Shown piece after piece: positions 61,892-64,000 of a stretch of DNA of 64,000 bases. Both the position numbers and the translations under genes were made by a program. The stretch lies in NCBI GenBank assembly GCA_944320385.1, contig CALUHH010000003.1:14638-78637 (forward strand), read 5' to 3'. How positions within the stretch are numbered: position 1 is the first letter of the stretch; the number at the start of each line of letters is the position of its first letter. The notes under the pieces are model-generated. The model saw nothing but the letters and a program-made list of their open reading frames with translations, ran no database searches and was not told the DNA's origin. Origin of the DNA: an uncultured Atopobiaceae bacterium (GTDB lineage: Bacteria; Actinomycetota; Coriobacteriia; Coriobacteriales; Atopobiaceae).

Positions 61892-62679
61892 TACCACGCC
61901 ACCTCCTCGGCGTCGAAGACGGGGCCGTCCTTGCAGCACGACTTGTAGGTGCCGTCGGCCATGGCCACGTTGCACGTGCCGCACGCGCCAAAGCCGCAGC
62001 ACATCATGCGCTCCATGGAGACGCGGCAGGCGACTCCGGCCTCGCGGCAGAGGCGCGCCACGCCGGCCATCATGACCTCGGGGCCGCAGGTGTAGACCAC
62101 GTCGTAGGAGCCCCGGGCGAGAAGGTCGGCCAAGGCGTCGGTGGTAAATCCGCGCCGTCCGGCGGTGCCGTCGTCGGTGGTGACGGCGACCGTGCCGGCA
62201 CCGAGGCCCTCGAGCACGTCCGCGCCCCAGAGCTTGCCGGCGGTCTGCGCGCCCACCACGGCGTCGAAGGCCACGCCGGAGGCGGCGAGCATGCGGGCGC
62301 AGGCCACGACCGGGGTGATGCCCACGCCGCCGGCCACGACGCAGGCGCGACGGGCACCGGCGACCACCGGCCAGGGGTTGCCGCAGGGCCCGACGGCGGT
62401 CGAGGTCTCCCCTGCCGCCATCTCGGAGAGGCGGCGCGTCCCGTCTCCCACGACGGCGTAGACGATCTCGACGGTGCCGGCGGCGGCGTCCGCGCAGCTG
62501 AAGGACAGCGGGATGCGCAGGATCTGGCTGGCGTCTCCGGGGACGTGGATGTTCACGAACTGGCCCGGGGCGAGCGCGGCGGCGAGCGCAGGAGCGCGGA
62601 GCACGATGCGCATGAGGCCGTCGGCCGCCGGCTCGTTGGAGACGACGGTGAATCCGTGGACGTCAAGCCCGGCGCTCAT
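61891..62679 (-). CDS. pyrK: Dihydroorotate dehydrogenase electron-transfer subunit
   Basis: PGQFVNI, LRIPLS, GPCGN, AGGVGITP, TCGPEVMM and 2Fe-2S motif MCCGFGACGTC...CKDGPVF. Confidence 0.95.
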   Translation of the reverse strand: MSAGLDVHGFTVVSNEPAADGLMRIVLRAPALAAALAPGQFVNIHVPGDASQILRIPLSFSCADAAAGTVEIVYAVVGDGTRRLSEMAAGETSTAVGPCGNPWPVVAGARRACVVAGGVGITPVVACARMLAASGVAFDAVVGAQTAGKLWGADVLEGLGAGTVAVTTDDGTAGRRGFTTDALADLLARGSYDVVYTCGPEVMMAGVARLCREAGVACRVSMERMMCCGFGACGTCNVAMADGTYKSCCKDGPVFDAEEVAW

Positions 62680-63989
62680 CGAAGGACTCGCTTGACCGGG
62701 GTGACCTCGCCGTCCGTGAGCGTGTGACGACCGGCGACGAAGACGTCGCACGCGGCGCCGGTGAGCGTCTGGCCGAGCCACGCGGAGTTCTTGGAGCGGC
62801 TCTGGAGCCAGTCCTCGGTGACCGTGACCTGGGCGGCCGGGTCGATGAGCGTGAGGTCGGCGGTGGAGCCGGCCTCCACGCGGACCTCGGGCAGGCGCAG
62901 GCAGCGGCGCGGGTTGACGGCCATGACCTCGACGAGGCGCGACCAGCTCATCGTGCCGGGGAGCACGAGGTTGGTGAGCATGAGCGGCAGCGACGTCTCC
63001 AGTCCCACGATGCCGAAGAAGGCGATCTCCCACTCGCAGTCCTTCTCGTGCGGGGCGTGCGGCGCGTGGTCGGTCACGATGCAGTCGATCGAGCCGTCGA
63101 GGATGCCCGCGCGCAGGGCCGCGGCGTCCGCGGCGCGGCGCAGGGGCGGGTTCATCTTGAGGTTGGTGTCATAGGCGTCGGTGATGTCGTCCTCGCAGAG
63201 GAACAGGTGATGCGGGGTGACCTCGCAGGTGACGGGCAGGCCCTCGGCCTTGGCGGCGCGCACCAGCTCGAGGCCCTTCTCGGTGGAGATGTGGGCGATG
63301 TGCAGGGCGCAGCCGGTCATGCGGCAGAGCTCGATGTCGCGATAGATCTCCAGCTCCTCGCCCAGCGCCGGCCAGCCGAACATGCCCAGGCGCGTGGAGG
63401 CGCGGCCCTCGTTGATGACGCCGTGCGTGGTGAGCGACTCGACCTCGCAGTGCGCGGAGACGACCTTGTCGAACTGGGAGACGTACTCCATGCAGGTGCG
63501 CATCATGCCCGCGCTCTGGACGCCGTGGCCGTCGTCGGAGAAGGCGACCGCGCCCTCCATGACCATGTCGCCGATCTCCGCGAGCGTCTCGCCCTTCTCG
63601 CCCACCGTGAGCGCGCCGATGGGGCGCACGTGGCAGAGACCGGCGTGGCGCGAGCGGTCGATCTGGTAGCGGACCTCGGCGCCGTTGTCGGTCACCGGGT
63701 CAGTGTTGGGCATCGTGGCCACGTCGGTGAAGCCGCCGTGGGTGGCCGCGCGGGCGCCGGTCTCGATGGTCTCCTTGTACTCGAAGCCGGGGTCGCGGAA
63801 GTGCACGTGCATGTCCACGAGGCCGGGCACGAGGTACTTGCCGGCAGCGTCGATGACCTCCGCGCCCTCCGGCGCCTCGAGGCCCTCGCCCACCGCCGCG
63901 ATCTTGTCGCCGTCGATGAGGACGTCGCGGACGTCGTCCAGGCCCACCTGCGGGTCGACGACGTGGGCGCCCTTAAGCAGATACGCCAT
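62676..63989 (-). CDS. pyrC: Dihydroorotase (multifunctional-complex type)
   Basis: PGLVDMHVHFRDPG, MPNTDP, HIAHIS, CEVTPHHL, KMNPPLR and TDHAPH. Confidence 0.96.
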   Translation of the reverse strand: MAYLLKGAHVVDPQVGLDDVRDVLIDGDKIAAVGEGLEAPEGAEVIDAAGKYLVPGLVDMHVHFRDPGFEYKETIETGARAATHGGFTDVATMPNTDPVTDNGAEVRYQIDRSRHAGLCHVRPIGALTVGEKGETLAEIGDMVMEGAVAFSDDGHGVQSAGMMRTCMEYVSQFDKVVSAHCEVESLTTHGVINEGRASTRLGMFGWPALGEELEIYRDIELCRMTGCALHIAHISTEKGLELVRAAKAEGLPVTCEVTPHHLFLCEDDITDAYDTNLKMNPPLRRAADAAALRAGILDGSIDCIVTDHAPHAPHEKDCEWEIAFFGIVGLETSLPLMLTNLVLPGTMSWSRLVEVMAVNPRRCLRLPEVRVEAGSTADLTLIDPAAQVTVTEDWLQSRSKNSAWLGQTLTGAACDVFVAGRHTLTDGEVTPVKRVLR

Positions 63990-64000
63990 TGTTCTCTCCT

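Overview
High-GC (about 70% by eye) chromosomal core region of a Coriobacteriia actinobacterium. Gene content and order (mIHF, RNase Y, RNase J, PyrK/PyrD, SpoVS) fit Atopobiaceae, Olsenella/Thermophilibacter-like; the taxon is an inference. Most genes lie on the minus strand in long housekeeping runs: pyrC-pyrK-pyrD-pyrF, mihF-gmk-rpoZ-thiI-comEA-comEC-[Phd/RelE TA]-holA, lepA-dus-hemW, dnaJ-like/dnaJ-mtaB-phoH-ybeY-dgkA-era-recO, rpsO-pnp, rnj-ftsK-rodZ-yajQ-rimO-pgsA-cinA-recA-recX-rny-[GHKL ATPase]-spoVS-miaB-miaA-hflX, lexA with a divergent LysM gene, and nrdR-dut-two nucleobase permeases-trxB. No integrase, transposase, cas gene, tRNA or rRNA was seen. Items most worth follow-up: (1) at least four unrelated families of intergenic elements built as head-to-head arrays of short phased units, most strikingly two 271-bp elements with 4 forward + 3 reverse units on an exact 41-bp period and identical geometry, 42 kb apart; (2) a long-form flavin oxidoreductase with the HGDR motif of bilirubin reductase BilR, bracketed by those repeats where hrcA usually sits; (3) a MutL-like GHKL ATPase of unknown function downstream of rny; (4) a ~185-nt 6S-RNA-like candidate upstream of rny; (5) a DnaJ paralogue with a C-terminal hydrophobic segment; (6) a four-lesion SLH/Ig surface-protein pseudogene in a decaying accessory site between rnj and pnp. 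All coordinates and alignments were done by eye; no database searches or folding were run.
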